From assembly GCF_030144855.1 (NCBI RefSeq), contig NW_026781634.1, forward strand, positions 62,001 to 126,000: a stretch of DNA of 64,000 nt, in the 5' to 3' direction. A program made the position numbers and the translations under genes. Positions 12,943 to 24,819 of the stretch are shown piece after piece. Each line of letters begins with the position of its first letter. The stretch's first letter is position 1. The DNA is from Hypanus sabinus. Taxonomy: Eukaryota. The notes under the pieces are model-generated. The model ran no database searches and had not been told where the DNA came from. It worked only from the letters and a program-made list of their open reading frames with translations.

Positions 12943-15900
12943 ATTAGATCCAAGTAACATGGACCCGGGGATCTGAGGAGAGAATGAGTTTGTATTCCAT
13001 CACAGAGAGGCTGCGAGTAAATGGGCTGTTCTGTGTTGGAACTGGTAGAAATAGACCTGGGGGGGGGGGTTCAGTGTTTGAACTGTGTTTGGAAATTCCT
13101 TCTCACTGTCAGCTGTCTGTCAGACAGTGAAAATCAAACAGAAACTCAAGTTGCTGGAAATCTGCACTAAAAATGAAAAATTCTGAATCCATTCTGAAAA
13201 AAGATTGCGAACCTGAATCGTTAAATTTGTTGCTCTCCCCACAGCAGTTCCTTAACTTTTGAGCGATTCTGATGATTCCGGTTTATTTTTATTACATTCA
13301 CTCTGGAATGGTTTAAATTTCCTGAGAGTTGTGGGAGTTGTGGAGGGATGTATGGTTAAGTAAAGCTACCGAATGCTGGAAAGACTGTATACAGGGGACA
13401 TGGAAAGGATGTTTCCTTCAGACGGAGAGTCTGTGATCTGACAGCACAGTCTCAGAATAAAGATGCTTCCCTTTAAAACTGAGATGAGAAAAAAATCCTC
13501 AGCCAAAAGACGTGTGATCTGTGGCAATTTTTGCCACAGTGAATGGTTGAGGACATTGGATTGGAGCAGACTCGATGGATCGAATCACCTAATTCTGTCC
13601 CTACATCTTATGTCTTACCATGAATGAACGATGACTCCTTCCTATCCCATATCAGATTTTGTGACGTGTCAGGGACAGATTTGTTCACTGAGATCGTTAT
13701 ATTTGTCTTCAATGTTTAGATTTCAGTGAGCAGAAATATTTTGTTCTCCTTTGTATTGTTAATATGCTTCATTATCTTTAATGTTAATGTTAGACCTGCG
13801 GTGAGAGAAGAAAAACCCAAAACTGGAAGCAACCCGCGACTGAAGATGAGGGAACAGCACCAAGTGAACCAGCCCGAGGACTGAGAGCACTGACTGGAGA
13901 GAAACCCTTCTGACTCAGGGTTTCCATTGATTCAGTCAGGAGCAAGTCTGGTGAGTTTCATTTACTCAAACACTGGTTCTTTAGACATTACAAGCCGTAT
14001 ATTCCGGAGTGTAAGCCGACCCCTTTTGTAGATGTTTTTGATTTAACCAGAAACAATCACACGATCTCACATGCCGGTACTCAGCTTTGCAGGATCCGGA
14101 ACCTGGAAATTTTGTGAACCGGGACCTGCTAAGAAAACAGGCTTACACATTGAAGAGCGTTATAAGCAAATTCTTAATAAATAAACCAGGGAGGGAAATT
14201 TTGGATTATGTCTCCAAGGGTAAAGAAGCCTCTGAAAAGCGCCCCCGCGAAACCATTTGGCACCCATCGTAATATCGTTAAAACATAACACGGGGTGGCG
14301 TGATCAATACATGTATTCAGTTTTGAGTTTGCGACCACCATGTACAAAAGATTAAAACGAGTGCGATATGGTGCTGGCTTCAAGCTGAAGGTTGTTGATT
14401 TTGCGAAAGGAACGAATAACTCTGCAGCTGCTGAGAAGTTTAGTATAAACGAGAAACAAGTGAGAGAGTGGAGAAAGGCAGAGGACACGCTGAGGGAAAT
14501 GCCAAAGTCGAAATGTGCAAACCGCAGGAAAACATGCCAGTGTCCAGAACTGGAAGAAAACGTTTTAGAGTGGGTGAATCACCAGCGATAGTCCGGTTAC
14601 ATTGTTACCGGAGAAATGATTCGAGTTCAAGTGTTGAAATCGACCGAAAGCCACCGTGAGGGCAGCGAAAATTTCAAAGCTACGCGAAGTTGGTGCACCC
14701 GATTTATGAATAGATGTGATCTTGGGTTGAGACAAAAAACACAGATTGCTCAGAAAATTCCCTCGGGGTGGTGTTTATGTTCAAGAGCGCTGCTGGATAG
14801 ACGAAGCCGGTTGCTTGACGTGGGTTAAAGAGGTGTGGCGTCAACGTCCCGAAGATTTTGGGAGGGAAAAGTTGCTACTTGTCAGGTGAGACAAAAGCAG
14901 CATCGAAAGCTGAAAATAGAGACATTGCAGTTATCCCCGGTGGTTTGATCTCCGTGCTCCAGCCACTAGATGTGAGTTTAAACAAACCAAAGGATTCATG
15001 CGTTGAGATTGGAACGAATTTGACTCAAAAGCAACCAAGAAATCCGACCTGTCTTCCCTGTATTTGATTTTCCAAATTTGGCACCCTCTGTATAAGCCGA
15101 CCCCAAACATTGGAATTTACGGTATCTGTACAAAATAAAGTAGGGAATAGTTGAGGTGAGAATGAATGTATCAGTTAAGTCTGTCTGACCCAGTTGCAAT
15201 CTCTCCAGGTCTGGTAATGTACTGTCAGTATACCTGCTCTTTAAAGTCACTCACATTCACTCAGTGTTTGTTCATTTGAAGATCTTGCATCTTCTGAAGT
15301 AGCTTTTGGTCAGTTCTGAGTGTGGAGAGGGAAAGAGGGGTGTTTATATTTACTATCTTGCAAAAAGAAGTAATTGTTTGTAATTACTTGCTGCAAACTC
15401 ACTCCCCATATCCTGTACATTCTCCACCGGATTATTGACATAGATGACAAGCAGCAATGGGTGTCACCCTGGGGAGCTCCAGGAGGCACGGGCCTTGACT
15501 CCAATAAACAGCCTCCATTCATCACCATCTGCTTCCTACCATCGAGCTGTTCCCAGACGCTGGGCTCTGTGACAAACACAGTGTTAGCAACGAGATTAGA
15601 CAGTGATCAATATAAAGAGAGATTTGTTGCTTCTTGAAAGCTGTCTGATGCAATGGACCAGATCCTCCCTTGCTTACAACTGATTCTGCCCTAGGATCCA
15701 TCCTCCCAGGTCACACTGTGTCCGATAACCCACATCCTTAACCTCCCTCCACCCCGCCAGTAACCCCACAATTTTCCCACCATTTACCCCACACCCGTAC
15801 ACGCAAACAGATCCACATCACCAACATCCACTCTCAGAGCTTGGGGAACCAGAAGTAACTGATCCTACATTCCCCGGCCCAAACTGCAGCTGTCTGGCTC

Positions 15901-15975
15901 GGTCCCGGCCCTTTCCCACTACAACCTACCGTCGATTTACGTAAACCCGAGATCAGCTCCTTCCTCATCACCACC
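12943..15975 (-). repeat. Inverted copy of module segment ~4480-6750
   Basis: For example 13790-13995 is the reverse complement of 5725-5940, 15170-15390 of 5445-5670, and 15480-15640 of 4820-4970. Confidence 0.85.
13995..15122 (+). mobile_element. Internally deleted pogo/Tigger-family (Tc1/mariner) DNA transposon
   Basis: Brinker-type HTH (RYGAGFKLKVV...AAAEKFSINEKQVREWRK), CENP-B HTH (PELEENVLEWV...SWCTRFMNR) and DDE C-terminal motif IPGGLISVLQPLDVSLNKP, with stops and deletions. Ends ccgtatattcc / ggaatttacgg followed by TA. Confidence 0.9.
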
Positions 15976-15994
15976 CAACCAGTCTCAGAGCTCG

Positions 15995-16565
15995 TTAAGA
16001 AGCCTCATTTTTGGTACCTTATCAAAGGTCTGAAAATCCAAGTACACAACATCAACCAATTCTTCTTTGTCTACCCTGGTTATTATTTCTCAAAGCATTC
16101 CAACAAATTCATCCAGCAAGATTTTCCCTTGAGGAAACAATGCTGACTCCGTCCTATTTTATCTTGTGCCTCCAAGTACCCCAAACTCAGATCCTTAACA
16201 ATCGACTCCAACATCTTTCAAACCACTGTCAGTCTAAGTGGCCTATAGTTTCCTTTCTTCTGCCTCTCATAATGCCTCTCATTATCTTATACACGTCTAT
16301 CAGGTCACCTGTCAACCTCATTCGCTCAAGGAGAAAAGGTTCTGTAGTCCTTCCTGTAGTGAGGCGACCAGAACTGAGCACAGACTCCAAGTGGTGTCTG
16401 ACTAGGGTCCTGTATAGCTGCAACATTACCTCTCGGTACCTTAATCAATATAATGATTGATTACGACCAATGCACCGTATGCCTTCTTAACCACCGAGTC
16501 AACCTGCGTAGCAGCTTTGAGTATCCTATGGACTCGGACCCCAGGATCCCTCTGATCCTCATATA
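15995..16565 (-). mobile_element. CR1 LINE fragments
   Basis: MLQLYRTLVRHHLESV and GDLIDVYKIMRG on the minus strand. Confidence 0.8.
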
Positions 16566-16664
16566 TAAAGAGCATTACCGAGGATCTGTCACCTACACAG
16601 ATCCCAGTTACAAATGCCACTTGCCATTTACATATTGTTGATGTATGTTGGGATGAGGTGAAGA

Positions 16665-17120
16665 GCATGGGGTGTGACGAGAGGGAGCAAGAGAGAGACG
16701 GAGAGAGAGCGCACAAAGAGGGAGAACGCGTGATGTGAGCAGTGCATTTAGCGGGCGAGAGAGAGGGGAAAGTGGGATATGGGAGTCAGCAGGGAGAGTG
16801 TTTGGGAGAGCGAGGAGGAGAGGGTGGGACATATGGAGAGAGAAAGAGAGGGAGAGAGCTGGAGATGCAGGTGGTTACAGAGAGGCGGGGAGATGGAATG
16901 AGGGAGAAGAGTAAGAGGGAGGAGAGGGGTGATGGAGAGGAGAAAACAAAATTTGATTGAGATTGACAGTGAGATGGCAGGTGACAGGGGTAGGAACAAG
17001 GATTGTGAGATGGGATAGAGAATAGAAGAGAAAGAGAAACAGAATGGGAGAGAGTATGAGAGAAATGAAGAGAGGCATGGGGGAGTGAGGTGATGAAGAG
17101 AGACAGGAGAGAAGAGTACG
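16665..17120 (+). repeat. Polypurine (GA-rich) low-complexity tract, continuing at 18385-18650 after the Rex LINE
   Basis: Base composition. A polypyrimidine counterpart lies at 24140-24410. Confidence 0.8.
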
Positions 17121-17136
17121 ATTTGTTTTAGGTTCC

Positions 17137-18375
17137 ATTAGATTAGATGCAACTTTATTGTCACTGTGCCGCGTACAGATACAAGGCCAATGAAATGCAG
17201 TTAACATCTAACCAGAAATGCAAAGAATAGTGTTATTTACAAAATAACTGCGAATAGAAAGTAAGTGCTTAAGTGCTACGGCACACAAATATAAAGTTAC
17301 TGAGACAGGACAATATGGGTGCAATATTGCTTAGCGCTGTGATGTGAGGTTCAGCAGGGTCACAGCCTCAGGGAAGAAGCTTTTCTTGTGCCTGCTGGTG
17401 CGGGAGCGGAGGCTCCTGTAGCACCTACCGAATGGGAGGAGAGGCAAAAGTCCATGGTTAGGGTGAGATACATCCCTGATAATGGTTTTCGACCTGCCCA
17501 GGCAGCGTTTATGGTAGACTTTTCAATGGTGGGCAATTGGGTGCCGATAATCTGCTGGGCAGTTCTCACCACACGCAGTGCTTTGCAGTCCGAAACGGGT
17601 CAATTACCATACCACACTGAGATGAAGTTGGTGAGTATGTTCTCAATGGTACAGCGGGGAAAGTCCGTCAGTTTCCTGGGACAGAGGTGAGTTTTCTTGA
17701 TTCTCCGCTGGATATAAAGGCTCTCTTGCGCCTTTTGAATCATGGTGGACGAGTTCAGGGACGAGGTGAGATACTCGGATATGTGGGCACCAATGAATCT
17801 GAAGTTTGATACACGCTCCACTCCTGCTCAGTTGATGTAGCTGGGGATGTAAGTGTAGCTCCTAGCATGCTTGAAGTCCACAATGGGCTCCGTGGTGTTC
17901 TGGGTATTAAGGGCCGGATTGTTGTCGGCACACCACGCGGCCAAGTGCTGGGCCTCGTCCCTCTAGGCCGTCTTGTCATCCCCTTTGCTCAGGTTAATCA
18001 CTGTGGTGTCGTCTGCGAACTTGATTATGGAGTAAGAACCATGTAGAGGAACACAGTCATAGGTGAAAAGGGAGTACAGAAGAGCGCTCAGCACACAGCC
18101 TTGAGGCACACCTGTATTCAGGGTGAGAGTGGAGAGGTAGAGGTTGTCTAACTTAACGGATTGGGGTCTGTTAGTCAGTAAGTCCAAGGTCCATCTGCAG
18201 ACGGATGAGCTGATACCAAGCTGGCAAAGTTTGGCGATCAGGTTAAAGGCAACCACAGTATTGAAAGCTGAACTAAAGTCAATGAACAGCATTTTGACGT
18301 GAGGGTTGGGGTTTTCCAGGTGGGTCAGGGCAGAGTGAAGTGCCGTGGAGATGGCGTCCTCTGTTGACCTGTTGA
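17137..18375 (-). mobile_element. Rex1/Babar-type LINE, 5'-truncated
   Basis: RT motifs [30 protein letters not shown] and KFADDTTV, C-terminal IENILT..ISVWYGN, 3' AATAAA and (TCTAA)n tail. Confidence 0.9.
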
Positions 18376-18889
18376 TGATCGAGTAGTAGAGAGGGGGGTG
18401 AAAGAGAAGGAAAGAGCGAGAACAGGGGTGGAAGAGAGTGGGAGACTGGTTGAGTAGGGGTGTAACTGAGAGGGATAGGGAAGGGGAGGGAGAGAGAGGC
18501 GGTGAGGAAGCAAGGATGATTGAGAGAGGCGATGATAAGGAAGGGGTGAGGGAGAGGCGAGACGTTCAGGGAGACAGTGAGCAAGAAGGGAAGTCTGGAG
18601 TAGAGGGCCGGAAGATGAAGAGGGACTGAGAAGAGGGAGTGGTGAGGGAGACTGTATATTCCGGGGTTCCGTTGTTTTAGACGCCACAGAGCGGGCGGGT
18701 GGGGTTTAAAGGAGAAGTGGTCGCGTTACCGGCACGGGAAAATACCGTGGCAGTGCTCCATCAGAACAGACTGGAGAATTCCTCCAGTGAGGCGGTAAGG
18801 GTGAAAAGGTCGGACCACGTTACTGGGGCTACATTACGGACTACCCAGCAGTCCGAGGCATTTCGAGGAACGTACTTGTAGCGAGATCC

Positions 18890-21110
18890 CAGATTGTATA
18901 AGGAAACATAACTTTGTGAAAGTAGCTGATTTTAAGTTTCCACACATTCACTGGGCCTCCCATGCTCAAAATTCCTAGGTTGGATAGTGTTTGTTAAATA
19001 TGTTCAGAAAAGTTTCCTTCATCAGTACGTGGAAGTCCCATCGAGAGAGTGCGCGAGATTTGATTCCCGATTAGATACTGAGACACGGCTGGTGACAGAA
19101 GATTGCGTAGGCGAAATCTTAACACCTAGCGATCACAATGCCGTTATTTTAAAAGTAAATATAGATAAGGAACAGTCTGGCTTGTGGGGTCTAAGAAGGC
19201 TTTGAGAACTGTGCTTTGGAACACGCTGTTATCAGGCAGTGGTGTACTTGGCGAAAGGGAGGCCTTCAAAAGTGACATTTTGAGAGTAGCGGGCTTGTAT
19301 GTGCCTGTCAGAAAAAAAAGGTAAAGGTAACAGATTTAGAGAACTTTGTTTTTCAGAGATATTGAGGCAGACATTGAAGAAATACATGAAGTAGCTTACA
19401 GGTATTGGCAGGTAGGGACAAATGAGGTACTTCTGGGGTATGGGAGATGCAAGAGAAAACTAAAGAAAAGATCAGGAAGGTTAAAGAAGACACGGGGTTG
19501 CCCAAGGAGACGATATGACTAGAATCCGAAGGGGATTTCAGAAAAGGAAAAAAGCAAAATAATTGCAAGGGACAAAATTTGTATCCTGAACGGTCATCAG
19601 TGCATGAAGCCAATTGTTAGCGGGAGCTGTGGGTGTTACCTGTTTCATTCGGGAGACGGAGGCAGAATCTGAAGAGGCGAAGCAGCTCATTGACCATATA
19701 CTTATCACAGAGACGGACATGTTCCTGCCTTGAGGCAAATTCAGTTGACAAACTCCCAGGTCCTGCCAAGATGCTCCCTCCGAAAAGGCAGATGCAGAAA
19801 CTGCTCGGGCTCCAGCAGAAATGTTTCAATCACCATTAGCGGCGGGTGAGGAAACGGGAAACTGGAGAATAGCGAATAAGGTGATAAGGTATAAGGGCAG
19901 ATTTGAGGAATTTGCCCCATGGAGTCGGCACTGCCATTTCATTCTGGCCGATTTAATTACCCTCTCTGACTCAAGAACACGACCATACTATAATTGATCA
20001 GAATTAGGTCACTTGCCCCATCGTGTCGATGAGTAATGTGTAAGTTGTTCCGCTGTTTAAGAAAGCTGATGTGAGCTTGACATCAGTGTTGGGAAAGATA
20101 GTGGACGGTATTCTAAACTATCAGCTTTGTGAGTATTTGCATGGACAGGGGCTGATTACGGATAGTCAGAACAGTTTTGCGTCCTGCAGGTCAAGTCGAA
20201 TGAATATGATAGCTTTTTAAGGGCAATTTACTAGGAACGTTGATGAAGGCAAAGAAGTGGACGTTATGTGCATGGATTTTATCAAGATATTTGACAAGGT
20301 CCCGCATGGGATGCTGGTCAATAAAGTTCAGTGGCTTGGCATTCAATGAGAGGTAGTAAATTGTATTAAGTATTAGCTTTGTGGGAGAAGCGAGGAAGTA
20401 ATTGCCTCTCTGACTGGAGGCCTGTGACTAGTGGAGTGCCAAAGGGATCGTGCCGGTTCCGCTGTTGCTTGACATCTATACCATTGATATGGATGATAAT
20501 GTGGCTAACTGGATCCGCACATTTGCGGATGACTCCAATATTAGGGGTCCAGTGGACAACAAGGAAGTCTATTAAATTCCAGTGGGATTTGGACCAGCTG
20601 TACAACTGGTGGATGGATTTTAATGCAGACAAGTGCGAGGTGCTGCATTTCAGTAGGACCCCCCCAGGGTAGGATTTACACAGTGAACAGTACGCTGGGG
20701 TGTGCGATGGAACAAACGGATCTGGCAATACGGGTCCTTAGTTCATTTAAATGTTGGCAGAGGTATAGGGGTTGAAATGAAAGCCTTTTGCGCACTGGCT
20801 TTCATAAATCAAAGTACTGATTACAGGAGACAGGATGTAATGTTGAAGTTGAATAAGACGCCATTGAGGCCTGACTGGGAGTACTGTGCGCAGGTTTGGT
20901 CATCTGCTAACAAGAAGGATATAAATCAGGTTGAAGCAGTCCAGAGGAAATTTCAAAAGACCTTGTCGGATCTGGAGGACCTGAGTTATAAGGAAAGAAG
21001 GATAGGTTGGCATTTTAATTCTTGGAGAGTAGAGGGAGATTTAACAGAGGTATAATAAATACTGAGGCATACGTATAGGACAAATGCAAGCAGGATTTTT
21101 TCACTGAGCA
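18890..21110 (+). mobile_element. Old CR1 LINE, ORF2 remnants
   Basis: Endonuclease SDHNAV, RT fragments (FDKVPH, WRPVTSGVP.GS, FNADKCEVLHF) and LRPDWEYCAQVWS, with many stops. Confidence 0.85.
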
Positions 21111-21334
21111 ACACCAAATTCTGGAGGAACTCCTCAGGCCAGACAGCATCTATGCACAATGTAAGCTGTCGATGTTTCGGGCCGAGATCCTTCATCAAGA
21201 CTGAGCCTGAAATGTTCAATCTTTTCAATAAATGCGACCTGGCCTGTTGAGTTCCAGTGTGTGGAATTCACATTGGAATTGCATTGTGTGCCTGTTGGTT
21301 TGACTTCCAGCATCTGCTGATTTGTCCACCGAGG

Positions 21335-23635
21335 TTGGGCGAGACTACAATGAGTAGTCTTGAAATATATTGACTTGACCTCTTGGTGGGGGAGCATTTT
21401 GGAGAGAGTGACCACAACTCACTTAGCTTCAGCATAGGTGTGGAAAGGGATAAAATCAGACAAAATGGTAAAGTGCTTAACTGGGGAAGGGCTAAATTTG
21501 AAGGGATGCGGCAGGAGCTAGCGAGAGTAAATTGGAAACAGATGTTCAAAGGGGAAAGCACAGAAGTAACGTGGGAGAAGTTTAGCGACAACTTGAGCTG
21601 GGTTCAGGATAGATTTGTCCTACTGAGGCAAGGAAAAATGGTAGGAAAAGGGAACCGTGGCTGACGAAACATGTGAGGCATCGTCAAGAGGAAAACAAAA
21701 GCATATGTTAGATATAAGAAACAGGAAATAGGAGGAGCATATGAGAAATATAGGGTAGCCAGGCAGGAGCCAAAGAAAGGACTTAGGAGAGCTCGAAGGG
21801 GGCATGAGAAGGCCTTGGCTTGTAGAATTAAGTAGAACCCCAAGGCGTTCTCTGCGTATGCGAAGAATAGGAGGATGACGAGAACGAAGGTGGGAACATG
21901 GACATCATGCACCTGGAGGCGGACGAGGTTGGAGAGGTCCTAAGTGAATACTTTGCTTCAGTATTCACACGTGAAAAGGATCTTGATCTGGATGAGATCG
22001 AAGTAGAGCAGGCCTGTGTGCTGGACAATGTGGAGATTAAGGAAGAAGTAGTGCTGGATCTTCTTAAAAACATTAAGATTGATAAATCCCCAGGGCCGGA
22101 TATGATACACCCCAGGTTGTTGTGGGAATTAAGAGAAGAGATCGCAGGAGCATTAGCTATGATCTTTGTATCCTCTTTGACTGCAGGGGAATTGCCAGAA
22201 GATTGGAAATGGCAAAGGTAGTTGTCTTGTTTAAAAAGGTTATAAGGAGAAACCTGGGAACTATAGACTGGTGAGTCTTATGTCGGTGGTTTGCAAACTA
22301 CTGGAAAGTATTCTTAAGGATAGGATCTACGAGCATTTGGAGAAGTACAGTCTACTCATGGATAGTCAACATGGCTTTGTGAAGGGAAGATCATGCCTCA
22401 CGAGTCTGATTGAATTTTTTGAAGAGGTAACAAAAGAAATGGATGAGGGTAGGACAGTGTATGTGGTCTACATGGACTATAGCAAAGCATTTGACAAGGT
22501 CCCTGATGAGAGACTCATCCAGAAAGTCATGAGGCGTGGGATAAGTAGAACCTTGGCTGCTTAGATAAAAAACTGGCTTAAAGGAAGAAAGCAGAGTGTA
22601 GTTGTGGAAGGAAAGTATTCTGCCTGGAGGTCGATGACTAGTGTAGTGCCGCAGGGATATGTCCTGGGACCCATGCTATTTGTGATTTTTATAAATAACC
22701 TGGATGTCGAGGTGGAAGGACGGATGAGTAAGTTTGCGGCTGAATCGAAGATTGGAGGAGTTGTGGATGGAGCTGTAGGTGATTGAAGGTTACAAGAGGA
22801 TATAGACAGGCTGCAGAGTTGGGCAAAAAATGGCAGATTGGAGTTCAATTCGGGCAAGTGTGAGGTGATGCATTTTGGAAGGACTAACCAGAAGACTGAG
22901 TACAGGATTAATGGTCAGTTACTTAAGAGTGTGGATGAACAAAGGGACCTTGGGGTTCAAATCCATATATCCCTCAAGGTCGCTGTACAGGTTGATAGGG
23001 GCGGTTAAGAAGGCCTATGGGTTGCTAGGCTTCATCAACAGGGGGATTGAGTTCAAGAGTAGAGTGGTCATGTTGAAACTCTACAAATCTCTGGTGAGAC
23101 CGCACTTAGACTATTGTGTTCAATTCTGGTCACCTCATTATAGGAAGTATGTGGAAACTATGGAGAGAGTGCAGAGGAGATTTACCAGGATGTTGCCTGG
23201 ATTGGAGAACAAGTAATATGAAGCAATGTTAGCAGAGCTGGAACTTTTCTCTTTGGAGTGTAGAAGGATGAGAGGGGACTTGATAGAGGTCTATAAGATT
23301 ATGAGAGGCATAGACAGGGTGGATAGTCAGTACCTGTTTCCCAGGGCACCAATAGCAAACACCAGAGGGCATATGTAAAAAATTTAAGGGAGGGAAGTTT
23401 AGGGGAGACATCAGGGGTAAGCTTCTTTCCTCAGAGGATTGTGAGTGCATGGAATGAATTACCAGGGATGGTGGTGGAGGCTAAAACATTAAGGGTATTT
23501 AAGAGCCTCTTGGACAGACATATGGATAAAAGAAAAATGGTTATGGGTAGTGTGGGTTTACTGTTTTGTTTAAGGATTATATGGGTCGGCACACCATGGA
23601 GGGCTGAAGGGCCTGTACTGTGTTGTAGTGTTCAG
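21335..23635 (+). mobile_element. CR1 LINE, 5'-truncated and comparatively well preserved
   Basis: GESDHNSL, KSPGPD.IHPRLL, QHGFVKGRSCLTSLIEFFEEV, YMDYSKAFDKVP, VPQG.VLGP.LF, LVRPHLDYCVQFWSPH, and the CR1 3' motif gggctgaagggcctgt. Confidence 0.95.
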
Positions 23636-24819
23636 GGGCGACGGATGAACGTTGAAAAGCTGAAGAGGAAAATTAGCTCGTTTTCAACGTTTCAGAGGAG
23701 GTTGGATAGACACATGGATGGCAGGGGCATGGACGGCTGTGGTCCGGGGCAGATCGATGCGAATAGGCAGTCCTTTTCACAGAATAGATGGGCCGAAGTC
23801 TGTTTCTGTGTTGTACGTCTCTATGACTCCGAGAATTTGCATCTCGTTATTGGAAATCAAACCCACATCCAACTTCCATCAGTTCCCACTCTCACCACCC
23901 TCTGATCGAAGAGTTTCCCCTTATATTCACCTTAATTATTTCAGCTTGCATGTCACACTTAACCCATGACCTCTAGGTCCAATGACACCCAACTTAAGTG
24001 GAAAAAGCCTGCTTGCATTAACCTTGCCTTCACCCCACAGAGTTGTATGTACCTCTGCACTGTTCCCTACGCCCAGTCCAGGTCTCCGTAGCCCACGCTG
24101 CAAACTCTTTCCTTGAAGCTAACTGTTTCGCAATCTCTTGCATCCTCTCCCCCAGCGTTCTGTTCCTCTCTGCCTCCACCTGTAACCACCCTCTCCCACT
24201 TTCACTCACCCTCTTCAACATGTTCCCTTTCACTCTCTCACCGTCTATCTCCTCCTTCCCTCCACCCTCTCCCTCTTCTACTCACCAATCTCCACTTATT
24301 TCTGTTTTCTCTCTTCCTTTTCAAATCTCTCTCCTCTCTGTCTCTATTTCTCTCGCCTCCCCCACTCTCTCCATTCACTACAGTCTCTGTCTTCTCCACT
24401 CACTCTTTCTGCCTTAGGTCATTGTCAGTTTGCGAATGTCATCAGCGCTTTGGCCTGCACTCCCTTAAATATTTTTAAATTGGAAATCATTCCAATTGGG
24501 TCCCATTTTCCCTACCACATAACTCCCTGACTGGTTCCAATTTTCAGTCACTCCATCTTTCCCCCCTGACAGCCAGGTTAACTGCAGTGAAGTTTGTCAG
24601 TTTCCCTGTCTCTCCCTCCCCGATGGCCATTCCAATAACAGTGAGGACGCCCATCTCAAGGTCGTGCGTCACCCCCTCAATAGCGCCCATTTCCAAACAA
24701 CCTCTCACTCCTTACATTTGCACATTTTCTGTCCATTTGGAATGGGTGTCTGTTAAGAAAGATAAATTTCTCAAATCTTTCAGGCGCAGTGTAAATCAAC
24801 AACCCGCTCGTTAACCAAA

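Noticed and set aside
13893-13910. TGEKPF as a C2H2 zinc-finger linker
   Set aside because: No Cys/His finger pattern nearby, and the paralogous copy reads TGENPP.
14340-15000. Domesticated pogo gene (POGK/TIGD-like)
   Set aside because: In-frame stop at 14589-14591, most of the DDE domain deleted, TIR remnants retained and an empty site in a paralog.
16608-18687. Glu/Arg/Gly-rich and Leu/Ser/Pro-rich ORFs (also 24043-24478 and 52816-53185)
   Set aside because: Translations of polypurine/polypyrimidine low-complexity tracts.
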